64,000 bases of DNA from contig OZ243913.1 of assembly GCA_965213705.1 (NCBI GenBank), forward strand, positions 832,001 through 896,000, in the 5' to 3' direction. The notes beneath the pieces are model-generated. The model was given only the letters and a program-made list of their open reading frames with translations, was not told where the DNA came from and ran no database searches. Each line of letters opens with the position of its first letter. The first letter of the stretch is position 1. Of this stretch, positions 39,768 to 49,252 are shown piece after piece. A program made the position numbers and the translations under genes. The DNA is from Trueperaceae bacterium. GTDB lineage: Bacteria; Deinococcota; Deinococci; Deinococcales; Trueperaceae.

Positions 39768-39808
39768 TGGGCGCGCTCGAGCTTAGCTTTTTTGCTTTCG
39801 CGGGCCAT
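39768..39808 (-). pseudogene. Orphan duplicate of the nth 5' end
   Basis: 38/41 nt identical to 38919-38959; encodes MARESKKAKLERA vs nth MPRESKKTKLERA. Confidence 0.85.
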
Positions 39809-39975
39809 AAAGTTTAGCTCTTGGCTCGCAGTAGGATTAACTCGAGCTAAAATTAGCTTCTGCCCAACGAATGCGACCTTGAGTTATAAGTCCTATGCCG
39901 AAAGCGGTACCTGCTTTTCTGAACTGTTGTACCTCCAAACTACCGTTGTTTGAGCATTTGACATGAAGGTGAATC

Positions 39976-40278
39976 ATGTACGTGTTTATAGCAAATAAGA
40001 AAGAAGCTAGGGTTCTAAGCAAGGAGCTAAACCAGACGGGGATTTTACATTTTTCAACGCGTGTAGAAATTCGTGGGAATCATCTAAAAGGCAACGTTCC
40101 GGTCAAGGTTCGCTACGAAGCACGTTTTATTCCCGATGAGGAGTTCTGGGGGAAGGATGACAGGTATCCCGATGAAGAACCGTACCCTGTAAGTTACACG
40201 AGAGCGTTTTTGACGGAGAATGAGCGTAGGGAGCACTGCGCGACCTGGTACAGGGCTATCGCGGAAGGAGCCGCCTAG
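39976..40278 (+). CDS. Hypothetical protein, low GC
   Basis: RBS GAAGGTGA; 100-aa ORF in an AT-richer patch. Confidence 0.55.
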   Translation: MYVFIANKKEARVLSKELNQTGILHFSTRVEIRGNHLKGNVPVKVRYEARFIPDEEFWGKDDRYPDEEPYPVSYTRAFLTENERREHCATWYRAIAEGAA

Positions 40279-40328
40279 CAGAGAACGGCGCTTCCAGCTC
40301 CTCGAGCCGTTTTTGTTAGGCTTAACGT

Positions 40329-40913
40329 GTGACCCAACCAACCCCCGGCGAGGTGCGCGAGCGCGTGTGGGTGGCGCTGCAACGGGCGGGCGCGGTGGCT
40401 TATCCTGCGCCGGCGTTCGGCCATCATCCAAACTTTGTGGGCGCGGGGCAAGCCGCGAAGCTGCTCCTCCCCGAGTTGTTTGCCCGTGGGTACGTCAAAC
40501 CGGGCGACACCGTGCTGAGCTATCCCGACTACGTTTTGAAACCCTTGCGTAAGGGCTTGTTGGAGGGCGGCGTCAGCGTGGTCGTGCCCGCCAAACACGG
40601 CGACGACTACCGGCTGCTGACTGTCGGCAAGGTTGCGCCCGCCAAGGCCTCGAGCATCGCCGGGGCCGAACAAGTGGGCGAGCGCGTTACCGAACTGCCG
40701 AGTTGCCGGGTGGCGCTGGTCGCTTGCGTGGCGGTCTCGGCGCTGGGCGAAGGACTCGGGAAGGGTTACGGGTTCAGCCTGCCCGAACGAGCGCGCGGGC
40801 TGCCCCTGTTCACGCTCGCCCACCCGTTGCAAGTTTCAACCGAAATGCCCACTTCCGACCACGCCCTCACGGCTTTTGCAACCCCCAAAGAGGTCGTGTG
40901 GCGTCCGAAGTAA
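40329..40913 (+). CDS. 5-formyltetrahydrofolate cyclo-ligase-like protein
   Basis: VRERVW, HHPNFVGA, ACVAVS..G..LGKGYG, HPLQV, ATP. Confidence 0.78.
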   Translation: MTQPTPGEVRERVWVALQRAGAVAYPAPAFGHHPNFVGAGQAAKLLLPELFARGYVKPGDTVLSYPDYVLKPLRKGLLEGGVSVVVPAKHGDDYRLLTVGKVAPAKASSIAGAEQVGERVTELPSCRVALVACVAVSALGEGLGKGYGFSLPERARGLPLFTLAHPLQVSTEMPTSDHALTAFATPKEVVWRPK

Positions 40914-40978
40914 AGGATTCATCAGCGAGCCGAAAAAGGGTGGCGTAAACTGGTCGGCGACGATGAAAGGGACCGTTC

Positions 40979-42211
40979 ATGCCTACTTATGAGTACGTTG
41001 CCAAAGACCGCGTCGGGAAGGCATTGACCGGCACGATAGAGGCGACGTCGCAACGAGACGTCGCCGTCATGCTCCGCGAAAAAGGCGCCGTCGCCATCAC
41101 CAAAATCGCCGAGCCCAAAACGGGCATCAACGCCGACCTCAAACTGCCGGCGTGGTTGGACTTTGGCAGCAAACCCAACGTTCGCGACATCGCTATTTTC
41201 AGCCGTCAGTTCGCCACCGTCATCAACGCCGGTCTGCCGGTGGTGCAGTCGCTCGCCATTTTGCAGCGGCAGGCCGACAAAGAAGGGTTGAAAAACGCGC
41301 TCAAAGACGTGCGCGGCGACGTCGAGACGGGTTTGCAGCTCTCGGACGCCCTCGCCAAGTTTCCTAAAATTTTCAACAAGCTCTACATTTACCTGGTCAA
41401 AGCGGGCGAGGTGTCGGGTAACTTGGACGGCATTTTAGAGCGCATCGCCGCTTACCAGGAAAAAGAACAGGCGCTGCGCGGCAAAATTCGCTCGGCCCTG
41501 ACGTACCCGGTGGTCGTTTTGACCATCGCCTTGGCCGTGACCTGGTTTTTGCTGACCGGCATCGTGCCGCAGTTCGCGGGTATCTTGACGCAGCTGGGTG
41601 GCGAGTTGCCCCTTATCACCCGCATCCTCATCGGCATCAGCGACTTTTTGAGGTACCAGTGGTACTTGCTTTTCGGAATTATCGGCGGGGCGGTCGGGGG
41701 CATCATTTTTTACTACCGCACCCCGAACGGTCAGCACGTCATCGACCGCTTTTTGCTCAAGGTGCCCATCTTCGGCACGCTGATTCAAAAAACCTCGATT
41801 GCGAGTTTCTCGAGCACCTTTGGCCTGCTCCTGAAAAGCGGCGTGAACATCATCGAGTCGTTGGAAATCACCAAGGGCACGGCCGGCAACGTCATCGTTC
41901 AGAACGTGCTGAGCGAGGCCAAAGAAGCGGTGCAGCGCGGCGAGCAAATCAGCGAAACGCTTGTCAAACACCCGGTCGTTTTTCCGCCGCTCGTCACCTC
42001 GATGATTGCCATCGGTGAAGAGACCGGCGCGATTGACAACATGCTGGAAAAAATAGCCTCGTTTTACGAGCGCGAAGTCGACGAGGCCGTCGACGCCCTC
42101 ACCGCCGCGCTCGAGCCCGCCTTGATAGTTTTTCTGGGTGTCGTGGTCGGCTTTATCGTCGCGGGTATGTTTCTGCCGATGTTCGCCATCATCGGCAGCT
42201 TGAGCGGGTAA
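40979..42211 (+). CDS. pilC: Type IV pilus platform protein (T2SS F family)
   Basis: FSRQFATVINAGLP, AGEVSGNLD, KIRSALTYP, GEETGAID, MFLPMF. Confidence 0.93.
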   Translation: MPTYEYVAKDRVGKALTGTIEATSQRDVAVMLREKGAVAITKIAEPKTGINADLKLPAWLDFGSKPNVRDIAIFSRQFATVINAGLPVVQSLAILQRQADKEGLKNALKDVRGDVETGLQLSDALAKFPKIFNKLYIYLVKAGEVSGNLDGILERIAAYQEKEQALRGKIRSALTYPVVVLTIALAVTWFLLTGIVPQFAGILTQLGGELPLITRILIGISDFLRYQWYLLFGIIGGAVGGIIFYYRTPNGQHVIDRFLLKVPIFGTLIQKTSIASFSSTFGLLLKSGVNIIESLEITKGTAGNVIVQNVLSEAKEAVQRGEQISETLVKHPVVFPPLVTSMIAIGEETGAIDNMLEKIASFYEREVDEAVDALTAALEPALIVFLGVVVGFIVAGMFLPMFAIIGSLSG

Positions 42212-42269
42212 GCAGGGGCAAACGGCGCCGGCGCGCCCGAAAGGGGGCGCCGGGTGATAGGGTTTTGGG

Positions 42270-43226
42270 ATGAGCGACCTTTTGCTGGCCCTGGACTTCG
42301 GCGGCACCAAACTCAGTGCGGGCGTCGCCGCGCGGGGCGAAACTGTATGGCGCGGGTTGAAACGTGCGCCGTCGAAACACGGCGCGACCGCCGCAGACGA
42401 CCTTGCGCTGATGTTCACACTCGTGGACGGTCTGTTAAAGGGTGACCGACCCGCCGCCGTCGGTGTGAGCTTCGGTGGGCCGGTGGACGCTTCTCGGGGC
42501 GTCGTGCGGCTCAGCGACCACGTGCCGGGCTGGGAGAACTACGGGTTGAAGGAACGGCTCGAGCAACGTTTTTCAGTCCCGGCAAGCGTCGACAACGACG
42601 CCAACGTGGCGGCTTTAGGCGAATACGTTTACGGGGCCGGGCGCGGCTGCCACAGTCTGCTCTACGTCACGGTCAGCACCGGCGTCGGCGGCGGTTGGAT
42701 TTTAGACGGCAAAGTCTGGCACGGTTTTGACGGTATGGCCGGGGAAATCGGCCACACAACGGCCGACCCGAACGGCCCCGAGTGCTTTTGCGGCAAGCGC
42801 GGCTGTGTCGAACGGCTGGCCTCGGGACCGTACCTGGCCGAGTACGCACGCGAGCTTCTCGCCGCCGCGCCGGAACGGGGTAAAGCGTTGAGAGACCAAG
42901 TTGAGGACGAACGCCAACTTACCGCCCAGCACGTCAGCGCCGCCGCGGCGGTGGGGGACAGTCTCGCCTGGCAAGCCCTGGCGCGCTCGGCTTGGGCGCT
43001 CGGCTTGGGTCTGGGCAACGCGGTGAACTTTATGAACCCGCAACGTATAGCGCTGGGCGGCGGCGTGACGAAGTCGGGTGAGCGCTACTGGGCGGCGGTG
43101 CGCGAGGTTGCACGCGCCACCGCCCGCCCGCAAGCCATCCTCGACCTGGTGCCCGCCGCGCTCGGTGACGACGCGCCACTGTGGGGCGCAGTGGCGCTGG
43201 CCGAAGAGGCGCTCAGGCCTGCGTGA
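42270..43226 (+). CDS. ROK family sugar kinase
   Basis: LDFGGTK, DNDANVAALGE, TGVGGG, GEIGH, CFCGKRGCVE. Confidence 0.93.
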   Translation: MSDLLLALDFGGTKLSAGVAARGETVWRGLKRAPSKHGATAADDLALMFTLVDGLLKGDRPAAVGVSFGGPVDASRGVVRLSDHVPGWENYGLKERLEQRFSVPASVDNDANVAALGEYVYGAGRGCHSLLYVTVSTGVGGGWILDGKVWHGFDGMAGEIGHTTADPNGPECFCGKRGCVERLASGPYLAEYARELLAAAPERGKALRDQVEDERQLTAQHVSAAAAVGDSLAWQALARSAWALGLGLGNAVNFMNPQRIALGGGVTKSGERYWAAVREVARATARPQAILDLVPAALGDDAPLWGAVALAEEALRPA

Positions 43227-43428
43227 CCTCTGCCGACGTAAGCGTCGGCACGGCTCGAGGCTGGCCGGATTCCGGTGCTACACCTGTCAAACTTGAAGGG
43301 GTTTTTCGGTGCCTTGTCAGAATCCGCAACAGTTTCTTCTCGTTCCGCTCGGGTTAACTGAGGTCATGAACCACAAAGGGTATGAGAACGTCCTGACAAA
43401 TCCGCCGGGGGTTAGACCGGTGTGGCGG

Positions 43429-45363
43429 TCAAAAAACGCGCGCCTCCCGCAGCCGGGCTATTTTCTCCAGGTCGCGCAGCAGGTCGCCGCTGTTCTCCGA
43501 GGTGTCGAGCGGGGACAGGCCGGGCGACCTGAAAATTGCTAAGCAGACCCCGACGATTTCGGGGTCGAAGTGGCTGCCGCCGCACCGCTCGACTTCGGCC
43601 AAAGCTTCCTCGGCGGACCAGGCCCGCTTGTAGGGCCGTTCGTGGGTGAGCGCGTCCAGCACGTCGGCTACGGCGACGATGCGGGCGGCCAGCGGGATGT
43701 CGGTGCCGGCCAGGCGGTGGGGGTAGCCTTGACCGTCCCAGCGCTCGTGGTGGGCTATCGCTACGCTCTCCGCCAACTGCAACAAAGCCGAATGGCCGTT
43801 CGCCAGGATGCTCGCGCCTATGGCCGCGTGCGTCCGCATAACGCTGAACTCCTCGTCGGTAAGCTTGCCGGGCTTGAGCAGGGTCGCGTCCGGGATGCCT
43901 ATTTTGCCCACGTCGTGCAGCCGCGCGGCCGTGTAGAGCAGCTGCGTTTCCTCCAAAGACCAGCCCAGGGCGTAGGCCAGCAGGGCGGCGGTCCGGCCGA
44001 CCCGGCGCGTGTGCTCGGCCGTGTCGTCGTCGCGGTACTCGGCGGCGACCGCGAGCCGCGTCACGACTTCTAGGTGAGCCTCTTCAAGCTCGCGGGTACG
44101 CTCGCGCACCAGGCGTTCGGCCTCTTCGTGGGCTTGGCGGCTCAGTTCGGACTTGAGCCGGTACACCTCGGCTTCGCGGTGCGCCTTTTCGAGGTCGATT
44201 TTGAGCGTCAGGCGGCGCGTTTTCTCGGCGTTTTCGTCGTTGAAGATGCGTTCTTTCAAGCTGTGAAACGCTTCTAGGTGGTAGACCGCCTTCTCGAAGC
44301 CGCCTTGCAGCTTGTAGGCCTGCGCCAAGAGTTCGTGAGCCTCGTACAAGGCTTTGGGCTGCTCGGTCTGCTCGGCCAGCAACAGCGCGGCCTGGGCGTG
44401 CGCGACGGCGTCGGAGAACGAGCGCGTCGCCAGTTCGTCTTTCGCCAGGTTGAGGGCGCTGCTCAGTTTTTTGGGCACGTCGTTGATAGAAGCGGCCAGT
44501 TCGGCGGCCAGCCGGTGGGCCTCGCGCGCCCTCGAGAACAGGCCCTTTTTACGAAAAACGTTGCCCAGACCCTCGGTCGCAGCTATCTGGTAGACGACGA
44601 GACCGTGGTGCTCGCTCAGGTCTTCCGCCGCCACAAAAGCGGTTTCCGCGTCCGCGAAGCGCGCCAGTTCCAGGTAAACCTCGCCTAAGTTGATGAGCGA
44701 CACGACCTCTAAGATGTCGTCGCCGAGGTGGGCGGCTATGCCCAGGGCGTCGTTGTAAAAGGAGGCTGCCCGTTCGAACTTGCCGAGCGCGGCGTAGGTC
44801 AACCCGAGGTTTTGCAAGTTGATGGCGGCGCTGCGCGACTCGGGGTCGTGGTCTTTGAGAATTTCGTAAGCCTCTTGCAAGGACACGAGGGCGGTTTGGT
44901 ACTCGGAGAGTTCGCGGTAGATGTCGCCGGCGTTCGTGAGCACGTCGGCGAGCAGCCTGGTCTGCCCGAGCACCTTGAGGAGGGTTGCGGCCCGTTCCAG
45001 GTGGGTGAGCGCGGCGGAGAGGTCGCCCAACAGGGCGAAGACGCTGGCAAGCTGGTTGAGGGCGTTGGCCTCCAAGTCCTTCAAAGCCTCGTCCTGGGCG
45101 AGCTTCAGGGCTGTTTCGAAGTGCGTTTTCGCCGCTGCAAAGTCGCCGTGCTCGCGCGCGATTTTACCGAGCAGCAACTCGGCCTCGCCGCGGTGTTGCG
45201 GCGCGAAATCGTCAGCGGCGAGGCCTTCCAACAGACTCGTCTGGGCGGCGCTCAGCTGGCCCAGCTCGAAGGCTTTTTGGGCTTGCTCGAGGCGTTCTAG
45301 CGCGGCGGGAAAGTCGGCTTCTTCGCCGTCCCGCGCCCTGAGCTGTAGGGTGACTTCAGCCAT
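43429..45363 (-). CDS. TPR-repeat / HD-GYP cyclic di-GMP phosphodiesterase
   Basis: About 390 aa of TPR helices, a coiled coil, then HTRRV, LHDVGKIG, HHERWDGQGYP, ARIVAVADVLDAL, RPYK. Confidence 0.92.
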   Translation of the reverse strand: MAEVTLQLRARDGEEADFPAALERLEQAQKAFELGQLSAAQTSLLEGLAADDFAPQHRGEAELLLGKIAREHGDFAAAKTHFETALKLAQDEALKDLEANALNQLASVFALLGDLSAALTHLERAATLLKVLGQTRLLADVLTNAGDIYRELSEYQTALVSLQEAYEILKDHDPESRSAAINLQNLGLTYAALGKFERAASFYNDALGIAAHLGDDILEVVSLINLGEVYLELARFADAETAFVAAEDLSEHHGLVVYQIAATEGLGNVFRKKGLFSRAREAHRLAAELAASINDVPKKLSSALNLAKDELATRSFSDAVAHAQAALLLAEQTEQPKALYEAHELLAQAYKLQGGFEKAVYHLEAFHSLKERIFNDENAEKTRRLTLKIDLEKAHREAEVYRLKSELSRQAHEEAERLVRERTRELEEAHLEVVTRLAVAAEYRDDDTAEHTRRVGRTAALLAYALGWSLEETQLLYTAARLHDVGKIGIPDATLLKPGKLTDEEFSVMRTHAAIGASILANGHSALLQLAESVAIAHHERWDGQGYPHRLAGTDIPLAARIVAVADVLDALTHERPYKRAWSAEEALAEVERCGGSHFDPEIVGVCLAIFRSPGLSPLDTSENSGDLLRDLEKIARLREARVF

Positions 45364-45430
45364 TCGAAACACTCCGTCCCAGGGGTCCGGTCTACCGCCG
45401 CCCCGCTTGACTGGAGTTTAAAACGGCGAC

Positions 45431-45456
45431 TGTCACGGGGTTCTTACAACGTGACA
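45431..45456. promoter_or_regulatory. Candidate regulator box TGTCAC-N5-TCTTACAA
   Basis: Near-identical box TCTCAC-N5-TCTTACAA at 47041-47059 upstream of the subtilase. Confidence 0.5.
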
Positions 45457-45517
45457 AAGTGGGCGCGTCAAACACGCGCCCACCGGATTTTGCCGTTTCA
45501 AAGCGTTTCGGTTTTGC

Positions 45518-46873
45518 TCAGAATTTCAGGACGTCGCCCAGGAACTGTCTCAGGTCGAGCCGGCCCTTACCCATGCCGTCTTTGTAAAGTGCTTCGTTCA
45601 TGCCGACGTCGTAGAGTTTGTCCATAACTTTTTCGCCGACGAGTTTGGGCAGGTCTTTAGGAGCTTTGTCCAGGTTCGGCTGGCCCAGGGCCAGCGCCAG
45701 CGCGCCCGAGACCATCGGCGCGGCGAACGAGGTGCCGCTCACGTAAGCAACTTGGCCGTTAGGGTAAGCGGTGAAGACGATTTCACCTGGAGCGACCGTT
45801 TCAACCATGTCTTTTTGATAGGTCGAAAAGGCGGACTTTTCGTCGACGGCGTTGACACTGCCGACGCTCACGAGTGCGTCTTTGTAAGGCGTGTCCTTGA
45901 GCGCCCCTCGAGCCGGAAAGGTGACGCTCCGGTCGCCCGAGTTGCCCGACGAGGCGACGACCGCGACGCCCTTGTTTTTCGCCTTCTCCAAGACCTTTTC
46001 CACCGCGGCAGAGGTTTCCGCTGCGCCGAGCGATACGTTGACAACCTTCGCGCCGCGATCAACGGCCCAGTTGATGGCGAGGGCTAAGTTGTCGGTGTCG
46101 CCCTGACCGTCGGCGCCCAGCACCCGCAAGGGCATGATTTTCGCCAGCGGCGCGACCTGCAGAATGATGCCCGCCACCGCGGTGCCGTGGCCGTAGCCGT
46201 CTCCGAAACCCTCGTCCTGGGGCCGCGCGTCGCCGTCTACAAAGTCCCAACCCGGCACGAGCCGGTCGGTAAACACGGGGTGAGCGAGGTCGAGGCCGGT
46301 GTCGATGACGGCGACGACGACGCCGTTGCCCAAGTGAGGGGCCAGCTTGGTGTGCGCTTCGAGAAGACCTATTTGCTGCCAAGCGCGCGCGTTGTCGAGT
46401 GGGGTAAAGGTTAGTTGGGTGGGCACAGAGCCGTCCCAAGCTGTTGCGCCGCCAGCCCAAGCCCGGACACCGCCGGCCCAGGCGCGCACGCCGCCGGCCC
46501 AAGCGCGCACGCCGCCGGCCCAAGCGCGCACGCCGGCCGCGCTGAGTTCGGGCAGTGCGAACGCGTTTTGGTTTTGCTCCAAGGAAAGCGTGGTGAGCCC
46601 GGCCATCCCGTCGGCAAAGCCCAGTACGGCGAAACCCGCTTCGGCGTCGAAAAGAACGACGCTGCCGCCGTAAAGCGCCTCGAGTTCGGCCGGGGTGGTG
46701 TCGGAACCGACAGTGACCGTGGTGAGCGAAGCGAAGTCCTGATTCGTGTTCAGCTCAGGCGCGCTGCTGAGGCTGCACGACGACAGCGCCCCCACCAAAA
46801 GGGTGAGCAGCCAGAACAGGAGCCAGCGATGTTTGGTTTGATGCCCGGTGTGATTCAAATCGGTGTAAGACAA
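45518..46873 (-). CDS. Lipoprotein S8 subtilase with tandem peptide repeat
   Basis: Lipobox LSSC; triad VIDTG / GHGTAVAG / GTSFAAP; oxyanion SSGN. Confidence 0.93.
   Translation of the reverse strand: MSYTDLNHTGHQTKHRWLLFWLLTLLVGALSSCSLSSAPELNTNQDFASLTTVTVGSDTTPAELEALYGGSVVLFDAEAGFAVLGFADGMAGLTTLSLEQNQNAFALPELSAAGVRAWAGGVRAWAGGVRAWAGGVRAWAGGATAWDGSVPTQLTFTPLDNARAWQQIGLLEAHTKLAPHLGNGVVVAVIDTGLDLAHPVFTDRLVPGWDFVDGDARPQDEGFGDGYGHGTAVAGIILQVAPLAKIMPLRVLGADGQGDTDNLALAINWAVDRGAKVVNVSLGAAETSAAVEKVLEKAKNKGVAVVASSGNSGDRSVTFPARGALKDTPYKDALVSVGSVNAVDEKSAFSTYQKDMVETVAPGEIVFTAYPNGQVAYVSGTSFAAPMVSGALALALGQPNLDKAPKDLPKLVGEKVMDKLYDVGMNEALYKDGMGKGRLDLRQFLGDVLKF
46430..46537 (-). repeat. 21-bp coding tandem repeat, (VRAWAGG)x4 plus ATAWDGS
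   Basis: Read directly; the four copies differ only at synonymous positions. Confidence 0.95.
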
Positions 46874-47319
46874 GATGGTTCTCCAAAACGAAACGTAAGT
46901 CGGTCGCGCTACTGGCTCGCCGCCGTTCTAGCGCCCGGTTAAGAGCGGCGGGTCTGCACCTCTTACTTGCTCCTTTCGGAATAAACTTGGGTAAACTCAG
47001 TCTTCTACCCGTGTTTCGTTTACCAATGTACGAGGTTGGGTCTCACGAAACTCTTACAAAACTTTTCGGCAGCGGTTTCGTGAGAGGTTGAGCCAGCCCC
47101 GTTGTGACCTCGTCGCAAATCTCTTGGACTCCACGTTGGCGAGGTGTAAGCCTTTTCGTTTCGACGCGCTAAGGAAAGGCTGTAAGTTCTGGGACACAGG
47201 GCACGCACTCTCAACTACCTGAGTTGCCTCGAGCCACCAAGACTCCCGTCTGCAAGGCGTGCGTTTTTGGGCGGCCGCTGGTGTAAAGTTCTCTACGAAG
47301 ACTTTTTCAGGAGGCTCTT

Positions 47320-49116
47320 TTGGCGCTCACCACAGCCCGCCCGCATAAAAACAGCGAGTTCAGCGTCGCGAACGAGTACGTTTACGACCGCAGCGGCGGG
47401 CCGGTGCGCTGGCTTGTGTCGCACCTGCTGCGCTACAAGCTGTTGTTGGGCCTGTTTTTACTTGCGGTGACCCTGACTAACATCCTCTTTTCGGCGGTGC
47501 CGCGCCTGACGGGTGTGGCCTTCGACGTGGTGCTCCAGCCCGACCCGAGCGCGCGGCGGCTATTGACCCTCGCCGCGCTTATTTTGGGTGCCGTGCTGGT
47601 GCGCGGCGTTATCGACCTCGGCAACAGTTTTTCGATAGAGACCCTGGGGCAGCGGCTCGAGCGCGACGCGCGCGAAGAGCTGTACCTGAGTTTGCTGGGC
47701 AAAAGCCAGACCTTTCACAACCGCCAGCGCGTCGGCGACATCATGGCGCGCGCGACCGGCGACGTGCGCCAGCTCAACCCGATGATGAACCCCGGCGTGG
47801 CGCTCATCTCCGAGTCGGTCGTCGCGACGGTCGTGCCGCTCGTTTTCATCGCCTTTATCGACCTGCGGCTGTTGCTTTCGCCCGCACTGTTCGTCGTGGT
47901 GTTTGTGCTCGCGCTACGCGACTACATGCGGCGGCTCAACCCCGTGTCCGGCGCGATGCGCCGCCGGTTCGGGACGATGAACGCCGGGCTGAACGAGGCC
48001 ATCACCGGCATCGAGGTAGTTAAGTCGACGGTGCAAGAAACGCAGGAACAGCGCAAGTTTGTCGGCGACGCGACGAACTACCGGGACGCCTTTGTCGCGC
48101 AGGGCCGGGTGCAGGCGCGCTACCTGCCGATTTTGCTGTTCGGCTTCGCGCTGACGGGGGCGTTCGCGCACGGCTTGTGGCTGTTGTCAAAGGGCCAGCT
48201 CACGGTCGGAGACCTGGTGGCTTACCTGGGACTGGTCGGCGCGATGCGTTTTACCGCGTCCATTTCGGTGTTCACTTTTTCGCTCGTGCAGTTGGGTTTG
48301 GCCGGGGCCGAGCGGATTCTCGAGCTGATGAGCGAAGAAACCGAACTCGACGAAAACGTGGGCGGCCACGCCTCACCGATTCGTGGGCGCATCGTGTTCG
48401 AGAACGTGAGTTTCGGCTATGTGGGCGCGGACGGCAAACAAAGCTTGCACAACGTCTCGTTCGAGGCCGCGCCGGGCGAGACCGTCGCCATCGTCGGGCA
48501 GACGGGCTCGGGCAAGAGCACGCTGACCAAGCTCGTCAACCGCGCCTACGACGTGAGCGCGGGCCGTATCCTCATCGACGGGGTGGACGTGCGGGACTGG
48601 AACTTAGAGTCCTTGCGCCAGCAGGTTTCGGTCATCGAGCAAGACGTGTTTTTGTTCTCCCGCTCCGTCGCCGACAACATCGCCTTCGGGCTGGGTGAAA
48701 AAGCGACGCGGGCGGCCGTTCTGGAGGCCGCCAAGGCCGCGCAAGCGCACAGTTTCATCACGAACTTTGCCGACGGCTACGGGACGGTTATCGGCGAGCG
48801 CGGCGTGACGCTCTCGGGAGGGCAGCGGCAGCGTTTGGCGATTGCTCGAGCCCTCCTCACCGACCCGCGCATTCTCATCTTGGACGACTCGACGAGCGCG
48901 GTCGACAGCGCCACCGAGGACGCGATTCAGCGCGCCATCGACAAGGTGCTAGAGGGCCGCACCACGCTCATGATTACGCACCGGCTGTCGCAGATTCGCC
49001 GCGCCGACAAAATCTTGGTCTTGGAGCGCGGCGAAATCGTCGCCCAAGGCACACACGACGAACTGCTGATGCGCTCAAAACTCTACCGCCGAATCTTCGC
49101 GAGGCAAGACGCATGA
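47320..49116 (+). CDS. ABC exporter half-transporter, degenerate NBD
   Basis: TM domain, GQTGSGKS, LSGGQ, ILDDSTS (Asp in place of the catalytic Glu). Confidence 0.93.
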   Translation: MALTTARPHKNSEFSVANEYVYDRSGGPVRWLVSHLLRYKLLLGLFLLAVTLTNILFSAVPRLTGVAFDVVLQPDPSARRLLTLAALILGAVLVRGVIDLGNSFSIETLGQRLERDAREELYLSLLGKSQTFHNRQRVGDIMARATGDVRQLNPMMNPGVALISESVVATVVPLVFIAFIDLRLLLSPALFVVVFVLALRDYMRRLNPVSGAMRRRFGTMNAGLNEAITGIEVVKSTVQETQEQRKFVGDATNYRDAFVAQGRVQARYLPILLFGFALTGAFAHGLWLLSKGQLTVGDLVAYLGLVGAMRFTASISVFTFSLVQLGLAGAERILELMSEETELDENVGGHASPIRGRIVFENVSFGYVGADGKQSLHNVSFEAAPGETVAIVGQTGSGKSTLTKLVNRAYDVSAGRILIDGVDVRDWNLESLRQQVSVIEQDVFLFSRSVADNIAFGLGEKATRAAVLEAAKAAQAHSFITNFADGYGTVIGERGVTLSGGQRQRLAIARALLTDPRILILDDSTSAVDSATEDAIQRAIDKVLEGRTTLMITHRLSQIRRADKILVLERGEIVAQGTHDELLMRSKLYRRIFARQDA

Positions 49117-49252
49117 AAATTTATGCAGCTGCGAGCAGGGGAGCAAACGTTGTTCGTCCTCCGCTCAGCGCGACGAACCCCCAATTGACGGCTTTCTTCT
49201 ACTCGGTCCTTTCCACTCGGTCCTCGGTACTTTCTGCTCGAGCGAGCAGCTG

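Noticed and set aside
46430..46537. CRISPR array from the tandem repeats here and at 19855
   Set aside because: No spacers, in-frame coding repeats, no cas genes
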